A stretch of 64,000 bases of DNA from a virus. Lineage: Duplodnaviria; Heunggongvirae; Uroviricota; Caudoviricetes. The notes below the pieces were generated by a model. It did not search any database. It had not been told where the DNA came from and saw only the letters and a list, made by a program, of their open reading frames with translations. A program made the position numbers and the translations under genes. Below are positions 48,672 through 57,155 of the stretch, piece after piece (the stretch's first letter is position 1; each line of letters opens with the position of its first letter). Location of the stretch: the IMG/VR virus record IMGVR_UViG_3300026549_002453; one strand, given 5' to 3'.

Positions 48672-49301
48672 TTGAGTATAGAAAAAATTTTAGAATATTT
48701 AGAGCAGGAGGGAATACACCCTCATGGAATATATCAGTTACAGGACGGAACTACTTTTGTAATATCTATGTTCCCAAATGGCAGGGTATACATCTATAAT
48801 AATATTCCAGACTATGAGCTAAGTGGACCTTATCAAACTATTGAGGAAGCTAGGACAAAATTGCAGGATTGTATTGAGGTATGGAAGGAGGAGGCACCTC
48901 CTTCAAAAGAAAAGGTTGATGAAATCACAGAAGTTGTGTATGAAATCACTTTTATTCTTACTCATGATACTAATGATAGAAAAAAGGCCCAAGCCTACCT
49001 CAATGAAGATAACTTCACCCCTTATATACAAGACAAGGTTTCAGAGAGCACCTCTTCTAAACTAAAAAAAGTACAATATAAACTTAAGGGTTCTCGTTAC
49101 GGAGGTATCTATATTACAACTAATTCAATTTTAGAAGACACGGAGAAAAAAGAACTAAAATCAGCTCTCAGTGACTTTCAGACTAATGAATTGAATGATG
49201 GCTGGTCTGAACAAGAGTTTGCTATTGTTGGTTGTAATATTAGTGAGTTTAAGCCACTAAGCACCTACGGAGAGTTAAAGGTTATACGGGAAGGAATGTA
49301 A
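48672..49301 (+). CDS. hypothetical protein
   Basis: GGAGGG RBS, TTG start. Confidence 0.45.
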   Translation: MSIEKILEYLEQEGIHPHGIYQLQDGTTFVISMFPNGRVYIYNNIPDYELSGPYQTIEEARTKLQDCIEVWKEEAPPSKEKVDEITEVVYEITFILTHDTNDRKKAQAYLNEDNFTPYIQDKVSESTSSKLKKVQYKLKGSRYGGIYITTNSILEDTEKKELKSALSDFQTNELNDGWSEQEFAIVGCNISEFKPLSTYGELKVIREGM

Positions 49302-49304
49302 AGA

Positions 49305-50087
49305 ATGTCATATATATCAAAATTAAAAACTAAATTTACATTATTCTATATAGAAAATAAGCAATTTAATAGAAGTGTATTAATTAATTCAATTCCACTA
49401 ATTAAGCCAAGTCTCATTATATGGGCTGGTATTTCTCTCTATTTACTAGTTCAGGCGGTGATGACTCAACTATTACTTGTTGATTTAGCCATAGCTCTTA
49501 GTGCTGTTGTCACTACAGTGTTATGCATTCCTTTTATACAAAAGGGTCCTTCTAAGACGAGTGAACCTGACCCAATACTTTATGGCGCAGGCATATCTCT
49601 GGGCATGATAATGATAGGGGCCTATTTATCACAAGTGATCAATGACCCTAATATGGTGGAGTATACCAATGCCCTTCAGAGGTTATCACCTGTAACCCTA
49701 GTTGTTAATTTACTAATTTTTGCCCCCGTATCGGAAGAACTCTTCTTTAGAGGTTTTTTATATACCAAACTCCAAGACCTCTCTATAGGTAAATATTTGG
49801 CTATGATAATAAGTTCAATAATGTTTGTAATAGTACACGGCACTTTTGTACATATCATCCCAGCCTTTATTATGGGTATAACTTTCTGCCTGGTATATGA
49901 GTATACAAACAACATATTGTATGGAATAGTGTGCCACAGTTTATATAACTTGCTAACCATACTACTAGGTTTTGTTATTAAGGAAGTAAACCTTTTAACC
50001 CTGGTGTTATCTATTATACTAGTAGGTTGGGTACTTTGGAAATTTTCTCAATATATGAGTGCCCCTAGGAAAGGAGAATTATGTTAG
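49305..50087 (+). CDS. CPBP-family intramembrane metalloprotease (CAAX protease/Abi-like)
   Basis: Motif 1 SEELFFRGF, motif 2 FVIVHG, motif 3 HSLYN; multiple TM helices. Confidence 0.75.
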   Translation: MSYISKLKTKFTLFYIENKQFNRSVLINSIPLIKPSLIIWAGISLYLLVQAVMTQLLLVDLAIALSAVVTTVLCIPFIQKGPSKTSEPDPILYGAGISLGMIMIGAYLSQVINDPNMVEYTNALQRLSPVTLVVNLLIFAPVSEELFFRGFLYTKLQDLSIGKYLAMIISSIMFVIVHGTFVHIIPAFIMGITFCLVYEYTNNILYGIVCHSLYNLLTILLGFVIKEVNLLTLVLSIILVGWVLWKFSQYMSAPRKGELC

Positions 50088-50323
50088 GGTACATATTATT
50101 AGGTTCTCTACTGTTGGTCGCAGTACTGTTTATATCTTTGGTTCAGGCTACAAGAGGGACTACTTTAAGAGGAAGGGAAGAATTATTAACTTCTGATGTA
50201 GTTGACGATGATACTGATGACCCTTATCTAGAGAACGATTGGCATGATATAGCATATAATGACAACGATTTTGCGGAGGATGACTACAATAGAGAAATAG
50301 AAATGTTTGATGATATGTTGTAA
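50081..50323 (+). CDS. small protein with one TM helix and an acidic tail
   Basis: AAGGAG RBS; overlaps the CPBP gene end. Confidence 0.4.
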   Translation: MLGYILLGSLLLVAVLFISLVQATRGTTLRGREELLTSDVVDDDTDDPYLENDWHDIAYNDNDFAEDDYNREIEMFDDML

Positions 50324-50416
50324 GTATTAACAACTTATATAAAACTATATACAAAAATATACTTTTGTTAATACTTTTTAATAAAATTTAATAGAAAGAT
50401 AGAAAGGAGGTACAAA

Positions 50417-51640
50417 TTGTTAGTACAAAGAACTGAACAACACATCATAGATAGACAGTCCAAGTGGTACAAAATGCTTAAGGAATTGTGTTATAAAGCT
50501 AAAAACACTTATAATCAAGGCAACTATATTATCAGGCAAGAATTTATTAAAAATGGTAAGTGGTTAAGGTATAATGACGTAGATAAACTGCTTAAGTATG
50601 ACCCTCAAAATGATAACTATTACTCTTGGTACGCTCATGCAAATCAACAAGTGCTTAGAAGACTTGATAAAAACTGGAAAAGCTTCTTCGCAAGTATAAA
50701 AGATTGGAAGAAAAATCCCTCTAAGTATAACGGCGTGCCAAAATTACCTAAGTATCTTAAAAAAGATGGTCTAACTGAATGGGGCATTACGGCGGGTGAA
50801 CTTAGGTTAGATTATACCGAAGGATTAATATATTTTCCTAAAGTGATGCAAGGTTTTAATATTCAACCACAATTTATCTATGATGAAAGATTTGTTCAAT
50901 TTAATCATTGTAGAATTGTTCCTAAGAATGATAGAATTATTGTCGAATTAATTTATACTATCTCAATCCCTGATTTTGTTAAAGAGCAAGGCTCTATAGG
51001 AAGTATTGACCTTGGTTTAGATAACTTTGTAACCTTTGTTGATAATCTTGGAAATCGTCCAATTATCATCAACGGTAAAGGTCTAAAGTCCTGTAATCAA
51101 TACTATAACAAGTTAATCGCTCAAATAAAATCAGAGCTTGATAAAAACGGTAATTCAGGATATAGTCACTTGCTATATTCAATTACAAACAAGCGAAATG
51201 ATAAAATTAAGCATTTCATGGATAAAGCATCTAAATATATTGTTGAAAATTGTCTTGATTTAGGAATAAAAACTATCGTGATTGGTAAAAATGATAATCA
51301 AAAACAAAATAGCAGAATGAAAAACTTTGTGCAAATTCCATATAACTTGTTTATTCAAAAACTTGCGTATAAGTGTCAAGAAGTAGGAATTGAACTAATT
51401 CTTACTGAAGAAAGTTATACAAGTGGTACAAGTTTTCTTGATGATGAACTACCAACTAAAGAAAATTATAATATTTCAAGAAGAGTAAAACGAGGGTTAT
51501 TCAAAAGCAATGACGGCAAGTTAATAAACGCAGATGTAAACGCTGCATACCAGACAATAAAAAAGGTATTCTCCGATGCTGTAAAGCCAGGAGATATAGG
51601 GTTAGTAATGAACCCAGTTCGGGTAAACTTTAGTTTCTGA
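50417..51640 (+). CDS. tnpB: TnpB-like (IS200/IS605 OrfB family) protein lacking the C-terminal zinc finger
   Basis: RuvC-I GSIDLGLDNF; YTSG segment; RuvC-III NADVNAAYQ. There are no CxxC pairs where the zinc finger should be. The residue expected for the RuvC-II Glu aligns to IVIGKND, so a Gly or Lys may sit there. GGAGG RBS, TTG start. Confidence 0.75.
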   Translation: MLVQRTEQHIIDRQSKWYKMLKELCYKAKNTYNQGNYIIRQEFIKNGKWLRYNDVDKLLKYDPQNDNYYSWYAHANQQVLRRLDKNWKSFFASIKDWKKNPSKYNGVPKLPKYLKKDGLTEWGITAGELRLDYTEGLIYFPKVMQGFNIQPQFIYDERFVQFNHCRIVPKNDRIIVELIYTISIPDFVKEQGSIGSIDLGLDNFVTFVDNLGNRPIIINGKGLKSCNQYYNKLIAQIKSELDKNGNSGYSHLLYSITNKRNDKIKHFMDKASKYIVENCLDLGIKTIVIGKNDNQKQNSRMKNFVQIPYNLFIQKLAYKCQEVGIELILTEESYTSGTSFLDDELPTKENYNISRRVKRGLFKSNDGKLINADVNAAYQTIKKVFSDAVKPGDIGLVMNPVRVNFSF

Positions 51641-51790
51641 GGTTGATAGAACAAAAAAGACTAAAAACTATAAACAAGGGTGTATTTTTGTATATGCTTT
51701 TATATAGTTGTTAACAGTTTTTATATTATATGTTGTAAAGTGTTGAAATTTTAATATTATAAAAAATTTATGGATGTATGTAAAAAATTA

Positions 51791-51819
51791 TTTACAGCAT
51801 CCATTTTTTTATATATAAT
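51791..51819 (+). promoter_or_regulatory. sigma-A promoter TTTACA-17-TATAAT with upstream A-tract, driving the MoxR-type ATPase gene
   Basis: Perfect consensus hexamers with a 17-nt spacer; near-duplicate of the promoter at 52981. Confidence 0.6.
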
Positions 51820-51871
51820 AATATTGTAATCAAATTGAAAATTATTTTAATCAAGTTAAGGAGAAATCAAA

Positions 51872-52831
51872 ATGAAAATTAACAAAAAGTACAACATTAA
51901 AAAAGAAAACAGAACTAATGACATTATTACTAATCTAATGACAGGGTACCGCCTCGAACGATACAGACCTGGGGACACTAGATACTCTGAACTTTACAGA
52001 ATCTTGAAGATTATGAAGAGACGTTCTATAACTGTTTCTTTGAAAAATAAACTTCTTGAAAGAGCTCTTGAAAGAATTTTTACTGACCCAGAAGACATTC
52101 AGAAGAGACTCATTCAGGTTGAACCTGAACCTGAGGTTGTTTATACTCAAACTTCTGTACCGGAATCTTCTTCCCCAGAGGTTGAGACTAATCCCGAGGA
52201 ACTAAAAAAGCGTACAGTTGAAAAACTTATGGACTTCTTTAGTGAATTTAACTTTTCACCCTCATTTAGATTTACCAATACTCTTGCTTTTGTAACAGAT
52301 GCTAATGAGTATGTAGCAAACTATTTTGCAATTCAAGACCATCAGTATGCTGGTGAGATTGCAGAAAAAATTAAGTCATTGGAGTTTACAGATATTATAT
52401 CCAAGATTAAGAACTTCAATAAACCTAGTAATGAAATTAATTCCCGTATGAAAATATATTATGGGGAACCCGGAACAGGTAAGACCACTCAGGCTATTAC
52501 AGAAGCCGACAGGTGCGTGGTGTGTAGTTCCGATATGCTTCCCACGGATCTCATGCAGAATTTTGCATTTAGTGAAGGTAAGGCAGAGTTCCAGAAGAGT
52601 GACCTTTGGAAGGCTATGGAGAATGGAGAAGTAATAGTTCTTGATGAAATTAATATGCTTCCATTTGAAAGTCTCCGCTTCCTTCAGGGTATTACAGATG
52701 GTAAAAACGAACTTGACTACAAGGGTTTCCATATTGAGATTAAGAAAGGTTTCCAGATTATTGGAACTATGAACCTCAATGTGGGGGGGAGCAGTAATGA
52801 GTGTTCCTTCACCTCTTGCAGACAGATGTAG
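51872..52831 (+). CDS. MoxR/AAA_5-type AAA+ ATPase, truncated at a poly-G tract
   Basis: Walker A YYGEPGTGKTT, Walker B VIVLDEINM, sensor-1 region IIGTMNLN. The ORF ends 13 codons after a G7 run; the -1 frame continues with PSPLADRCSEIVEF, which resembles the sensor-2 region. Confidence 0.75.
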   Translation: MKINKKYNIKKENRTNDIITNLMTGYRLERYRPGDTRYSELYRILKIMKRRSITVSLKNKLLERALERIFTDPEDIQKRLIQVEPEPEVVYTQTSVPESSSPEVETNPEELKKRTVEKLMDFFSEFNFSPSFRFTNTLAFVTDANEYVANYFAIQDHQYAGEIAEKIKSLEFTDIISKIKNFNKPSNEINSRMKIYYGEPGTGKTTQAITEADRCVVCSSDMLPTDLMQNFAFSEGKAEFQKSDLWKAMENGEVIVLDEINMLPFESLRFLQGITDGKNELDYKGFHIEIKKGFQIIGTMNLNVGGSSNECSFTSCRQM

Positions 52832-52918
52832 TGAAATCGTAGAATTTAAATTGACAGCTGATAATCTTATGGCCGCACTAGCGTAGCCTTGATTATAAAT
52901 GATTTCTCCTTTTAGAAG

Positions 52919-52948
52919 AGTGCCACTTGAAATACAGTGGCATTTTTC
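52919..52948 (+). terminator. Rho-independent terminator
   Basis: TGCCACT-tgaaatac-AGTGGCA followed by TTTTT. Confidence 0.65.
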
Positions 52949-52980
52949 ATATAAAAAATTGCAGTTCTATGAAAAAATTA

Positions 52981-53009
52981 TTTACAAAAGGTTCCCTCCG
53001 TGATATAAT
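52981..53009 (+). promoter_or_regulatory. sigma-A promoter TTTACA-17-TATAAT driving the vWA/metallopeptidase gene
   Basis: Perfect hexamers, 17-nt spacer and upstream A-tract; duplicate of the 51791 promoter, including the downstream leader TAAGGAGAAATCAAA. Confidence 0.6.
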
Positions 53010-53044
53010 ATATATGTAATTAATAAGAATAAAGGAGAAATCAA

Positions 53045-54619
53045 ATGTTAAACTACAATATTGTAAATGAAATTTTTAAAACTCTTCCTGTAGGTTATTA
53101 TCTTGGTAGAAAGATTGAGTGTGAGCTGTCTGAAACAGAATCAGGAAGTTACTACAATCCCGCCAAGGATGTCATAGTAGTAAGTTACCCTATGGTCAAA
53201 AAAGCTCTTAGTTCTGTTGAATATACTAGAGAAGGTCTTGAAGAACTTGTTAGAACTATTCTTTATCATGAAATTTCTCATGTTATTCTTACTCCTAAAA
53301 ATTGGAGAATGAGTAGAATCCATAATATAGTAGAAGACGAGAGAATTGAAACCATCTTTAGAACCTACTATATGAACACAAACTTTAGAAAAACAGTTAA
53401 ATTAATAAATAACTTTGAAGGTGTGTCCGTTATTAGCTCAACCCCCATTAGTATGGATAGTGCGTTTTATCATCTCGTAAGATATAGAATTGGAGAAGAA
53501 AAGTGGTTGGAAAGACTTTCTTCCCTTATTTACAAGTATAGAACTCTTAATGCAAATGATAACTATCGTGATTACCAATGGGATATTGATGATTTTTACA
53601 GAGATTTCTGTAGAGAGTGGAGAACCAAAGAAACTGATGAAGCTAGGTCTGATGAAGGGGACAAAGAATCTGGTTCTTCCACTGAACCCTCTCCTGACGT
53701 AACGGAGATGGATGAAAGCTCAGAAACGGCAGAAGAATCTGAAGAACCCTCTGAATACATTTCTAAAACATCCTCCGAGACAGCAGAAGAACTTGATGAC
53801 GCTGATGATGTAGAACAGGATAATAGTGATAACCCTGGTTGTGGTGATGAGAGCGACTTTGAAGATACAATAGAGGATGCTACTAATATCATTAAAAAAG
53901 CAATTAAATCCACCATTGACAAATATAATGATGAAACTCTTACAGCTAGACTCATTCAAATAGTTGACAGAAAACTTAAGCAAAATAAAAAGACAGGTTC
54001 CGCAATAAATAGTTACAGTGGTCAACTTAATAAAAGAGCAATAGCCACTAGAGATGATTACCGTTGGTGGACAACACAGAATAGAGAAGGCAATATCAGA
54101 AGATACTCCAATGTTCACTTTAATCTTTTTATTGACAACAGTGGAAGCTTCTCTCATAATGATACTCTTATGAATACTTTTATTAAGAGTCTTGATAAGA
54201 TTTCTAAAATGAACAAGCAGTTTACCTTTGATGTCATTACTATCAATCACGAAGTAGTAGAATGGGAAGACCACAATAGAGAGTTTGATTCTTGTGGAGG
54301 TAACGAACTTACTGATGATATTGCCAAAGTAATTAAGAGACATACAAAGGTCAATTCAAATAATTACAATATAGTACTCTTTGATGGAGACGCTCATAGT
54401 GATGATTTTAGAAACTACACACCCGAGCAACACATGGCTAAGGGTACAGCTATGGACCCATTCAGGCATTTTGATGGGCCTAACACAATCATTATTTCAG
54501 ACCCCTATAACAAAAAGTATATTACGGCATCAGTAAAAAAGGCAAGAACGATATACACCTATGACTATTGTAATACTTTTGCTGATAATATCTGTAACCT
54601 TCTTGAAAAGGTAATATAA
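53045..54619 (+). CDS. HExxH metallopeptidase-like + acidic linker + von Willebrand factor A (MIDAS) domain protein (partner of the MoxR ATPase)
   Basis: HEISH motif at residue ~75; D/E/S-rich linker; vWA MIDAS motif DNSGSFS. Confidence 0.7.
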   Translation: MLNYNIVNEIFKTLPVGYYLGRKIECELSETESGSYYNPAKDVIVVSYPMVKKALSSVEYTREGLEELVRTILYHEISHVILTPKNWRMSRIHNIVEDERIETIFRTYYMNTNFRKTVKLINNFEGVSVISSTPISMDSAFYHLVRYRIGEEKWLERLSSLIYKYRTLNANDNYRDYQWDIDDFYRDFCREWRTKETDEARSDEGDKESGSSTEPSPDVTEMDESSETAEESEEPSEYISKTSSETAEELDDADDVEQDNSDNPGCGDESDFEDTIEDATNIIKKAIKSTIDKYNDETLTARLIQIVDRKLKQNKKTGSAINSYSGQLNKRAIATRDDYRWWTTQNREGNIRRYSNVHFNLFIDNSGSFSHNDTLMNTFIKSLDKISKMNKQFTFDVITINHEVVEWEDHNREFDSCGGNELTDDIAKVIKRHTKVNSNNYNIVLFDGDAHSDDFRNYTPEQHMAKGTAMDPFRHFDGPNTIIISDPYNKKYITASVKKARTIYTYDYCNTFADNICNLLEKVI

Positions 54620-54629
54620 GGAGTAAAAT

Positions 54630-55238
54630 ATGATATATAAAAAAGATGATAATAACTTTATTCTCAGTTGTAGTTGTGGATGTGGCGAAGCTCTTTCTTT
54701 TGTTATCCCAGATTTTTACGAAGGTTATGGTGATTATTGCTTCATTAATCCTGTTTGTTACGGTACAAATAAAGATAAAACAAGCGTTTGGTATAACATC
54801 AAGGAAACTTTTACTAATATCGTTAAACTTATAACAGGTAAAAATGTATATAGAGTAGGTATCTGTCTTACACCTGGGGATATTGAAACATTGGTCAAAT
54901 GGTTTGAAAAGCAACTTGTCAAAGCTAAGAAAAACAATCTAGTACCTAAAGAAGATAGTTTTATAAGTATATTTAATAGTGATATAATTGAGTATAGAGA
55001 CGGTGAAGAAATTTATATAGGAGTGGATGGTGACTATTCGGACATTTTTGAACTATACTTTTATTCTACAAGAGTACATAATTATAAACTAATGCAAACT
55101 ATTAGGCAGATATTTAGAGAGTTTAGAAGAAATAAATATATGCTTCCTGAAATAGTATTTAATCGTATTAGTTTTATTCATTTTTGTGAATATATGATAG
55201 ATACTATTAGACCATACATAGAAAAGGAGAAATGTTAA
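54630..55238 (+). CDS. hypothetical protein with N-terminal Cys cluster
   Basis: CSCGCGE motif; 202 aa. Confidence 0.45.
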   Translation: MIYKKDDNNFILSCSCGCGEALSFVIPDFYEGYGDYCFINPVCYGTNKDKTSVWYNIKETFTNIVKLITGKNVYRVGICLTPGDIETLVKWFEKQLVKAKKNNLVPKEDSFISIFNSDIIEYRDGEEIYIGVDGDYSDIFELYFYSTRVHNYKLMQTIRQIFREFRRNKYMLPEIVFNRISFIHFCEYMIDTIRPYIEKEKC

Positions 55239-55239
55239 T

Positions 55240-56241
55240 ATGATTAAAACAGGTCAATATGGTAGATACTATGAATATGAACAAGATGGGCAAACTAAGA
55301 GGTTGAGTTTGCCTTCAAAAGAAATCACTGAACAGCTAGCAGAACAATTAATAATGGGTAAGCAAGTTCAATATGAAAAAAAGTTTACCACATATAAAAA
55401 GATAATTACAGCAAAAACGGTCCCATATACAAATAAAAAGGGTAAGAACACTATCATTGTTAAAGAGGAGGAGCTTGAAACCATTTTTGATAGTGACCTT
55501 ATTCTTGGGGCTGTTTCTAATATCCGTCCTGTTTTGGAGCAGGATACTATTGAAAGCCTTGCCCAGAAGTTCAAGAAGGTCATAACTGAACTAGAACTCG
55601 TTGCCTCTTGGGGAGTTAGACATTTTCATCACAGTGAACGTGCAGGTGATAAAATTATATATTATATAGGCATAGAACAGAATATGCCTATATCTCGCAG
55701 CAGGTATGGTGAAAGTTTGCCAAATAAGGCATACATAATAGACAACTCGCTGTCAGGCTGCATCTTAGAAGAACCCGATGAACAAAGGTTAGAACAGTTC
55801 AGAGCTGAAGTTAGGGTTTGGCGCGAAAAGGAGAGTGAGCGTAGGGCTGCAGAGGCTACTAAGGCTAGGGAAAAAGCTATAAAAGAAGAGGAAGAAAGAA
55901 TTAGGGCCATTCCATGGAAAGAAAGGTATCTTGAAGACTATAAGGACAGCGAAAATCAGTATAATGAACTCCTAGCTGTCCTGCAGGACAAATATCCAGA
56001 TAAGGACCCTTCTACTCTGATATTATACAAATATAAGTATTATAACAGAATTGAACATGATATCCACAATTCACGCCCAGGGTATGTAGACAGTTGGATG
56101 CTTGTAACGGAAATGCTCCCAGGACTAAACCCTAAAGATGTTCTCTTTGATACATTCTTTTTAGTAGATACCGGTATTTCGGAAACAACGGAATACGGGG
56201 CTGAATACAAAGTAAAGTATAGACGTCACAACGCAGATTAA
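55240..56241 (+). CDS. hypothetical protein with a charged coiled-coil segment
   Basis: TAATATG overlap; R/E-rich helix. Confidence 0.45.
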   Translation: MIKTGQYGRYYEYEQDGQTKRLSLPSKEITEQLAEQLIMGKQVQYEKKFTTYKKIITAKTVPYTNKKGKNTIIVKEEELETIFDSDLILGAVSNIRPVLEQDTIESLAQKFKKVITELELVASWGVRHFHHSERAGDKIIYYIGIEQNMPISRSRYGESLPNKAYIIDNSLSGCILEEPDEQRLEQFRAEVRVWREKESERRAAEATKAREKAIKEEEERIRAIPWKERYLEDYKDSENQYNELLAVLQDKYPDKDPSTLILYKYKYYNRIEHDIHNSRPGYVDSWMLVTEMLPGLNPKDVLFDTFFLVDTGISETTEYGAEYKVKYRRHNAD

Positions 56242-56260
56242 AAAAAAAGGAGAAAATACA

Positions 56261-56524
56261 ATGCCTAAAAAAGAAATCACGCAAGAAATGATTGATAATC
56301 TCAACAACGAACTCAATGACTCTATAATTATGTGTAAGTTGAGACCAGATAATTTTGGACCTACCATTGATTTTGTTCTTAGAAATGAAACAAGGATAAG
56401 TTCTTATATTATCAATCTTGAGGAAGATACTCACAAGATGATTGAAAACTTCTTTGAAAAACAAGGGATTAAAATTAAGTATAACAACACACGCTCATGT
56501 TTCTGGGCGTCTGTAAGTGATTAA
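56261..56524 (+). CDS. hypothetical small protein
   Basis: AAGGAG RBS. Confidence 0.4.
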   Translation: MPKKEITQEMIDNLNNELNDSIIMCKLRPDNFGPTIDFVLRNETRISSYIINLEEDTHKMIENFFEKQGIKIKYNNTRSCFWASVSD

Positions 56525-56539
56525 AAGGAGTAAAAAGAA

Positions 56540-56809
56540 ATGAAAACATTAAAAGAAGATTGGCAAGCTCAACAAGATTGTGACCCTAAGGCTCACGGAG
56601 TAAATCCATTAGAAATTAAAGGAGTAACTATAACTCTCACCCATTCGGATAGCGGCGGATTTATGATTGGGTTTAATGTACCCGGCAGAGGTACTTGGTC
56701 AGAGCCTGTGTCTGATTATAAAGATTTTTATGATGCTCTTGGACACATATTTGTAGAAGAGGGAGGTATAATGGATAACTTATTGTGTAAAGGAACTCTA
56801 TTAGAGTGA
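56540..56809 (+). CDS. hypothetical small protein
   Basis: AAGGAG RBS. Confidence 0.4.
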   Translation: MKTLKEDWQAQQDCDPKAHGVNPLEIKGVTITLTHSDSGGFMIGFNVPGRGTWSEPVSDYKDFYDALGHIFVEEGGIMDNLLCKGTLLE

Positions 56810-57155
56810 ACGAGTGCACACCCTGAAAGTGCCACTTTCACAAGCATAGCTTGAAGTGTATGCACCTTCGGGTACAAGACGTTCACAAGACTTAGGTTGG
56901 AGAAATCCTACCTACGTTAAATAGGTTATGACACCCATGGATGTTGGGCAAGACCATTGCTCTGTCGATTAGTTTTAAGTTGAATGCTAGTGTACAGATA
57001 GTTCTGTGAACTAATTATGTAAGCCTATTTAACATTGTCGATGCCAAGTCCGACACTTATTATGGTAATATTAGTAAGTTAGGCACTACAGTCATTAGAA
57101 GTACTGGTTTATAGCGTAAAACTTCTAAAATATCTACAGAAAGGAGCTAAAGCGT
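56810..57155 (+). ncRNA. candidate IscB omega RNA / structured 5' leader
   Basis: 346-nt non-coding stretch, more GC-rich than the surroundings, directly upstream of iscB. Contains several local hairpins, e.g. GAAAGTG-C-CACTTTC and ACC-TTCG-GGT (a UUCG tetraloop). IscB omega RNAs lie 5' of iscB. Confidence 0.5.

Noticed and set aside
51779-51796. LexA/SOS box interpretation of the TGTAAA-N6-TTTACA palindromes
   Set aside because: They do not match the Firmicute LexA consensus GAAC-N4-GTTC. I report them as an unassigned operator instead.
53720-54343. 207-aa minus-strand ORF (and other short minus-strand ORFs across the window)
   Set aside because: All minus-strand ORFs are fully embedded antisense in well-supported plus-strand genes. 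I found no credible minus-strand gene.
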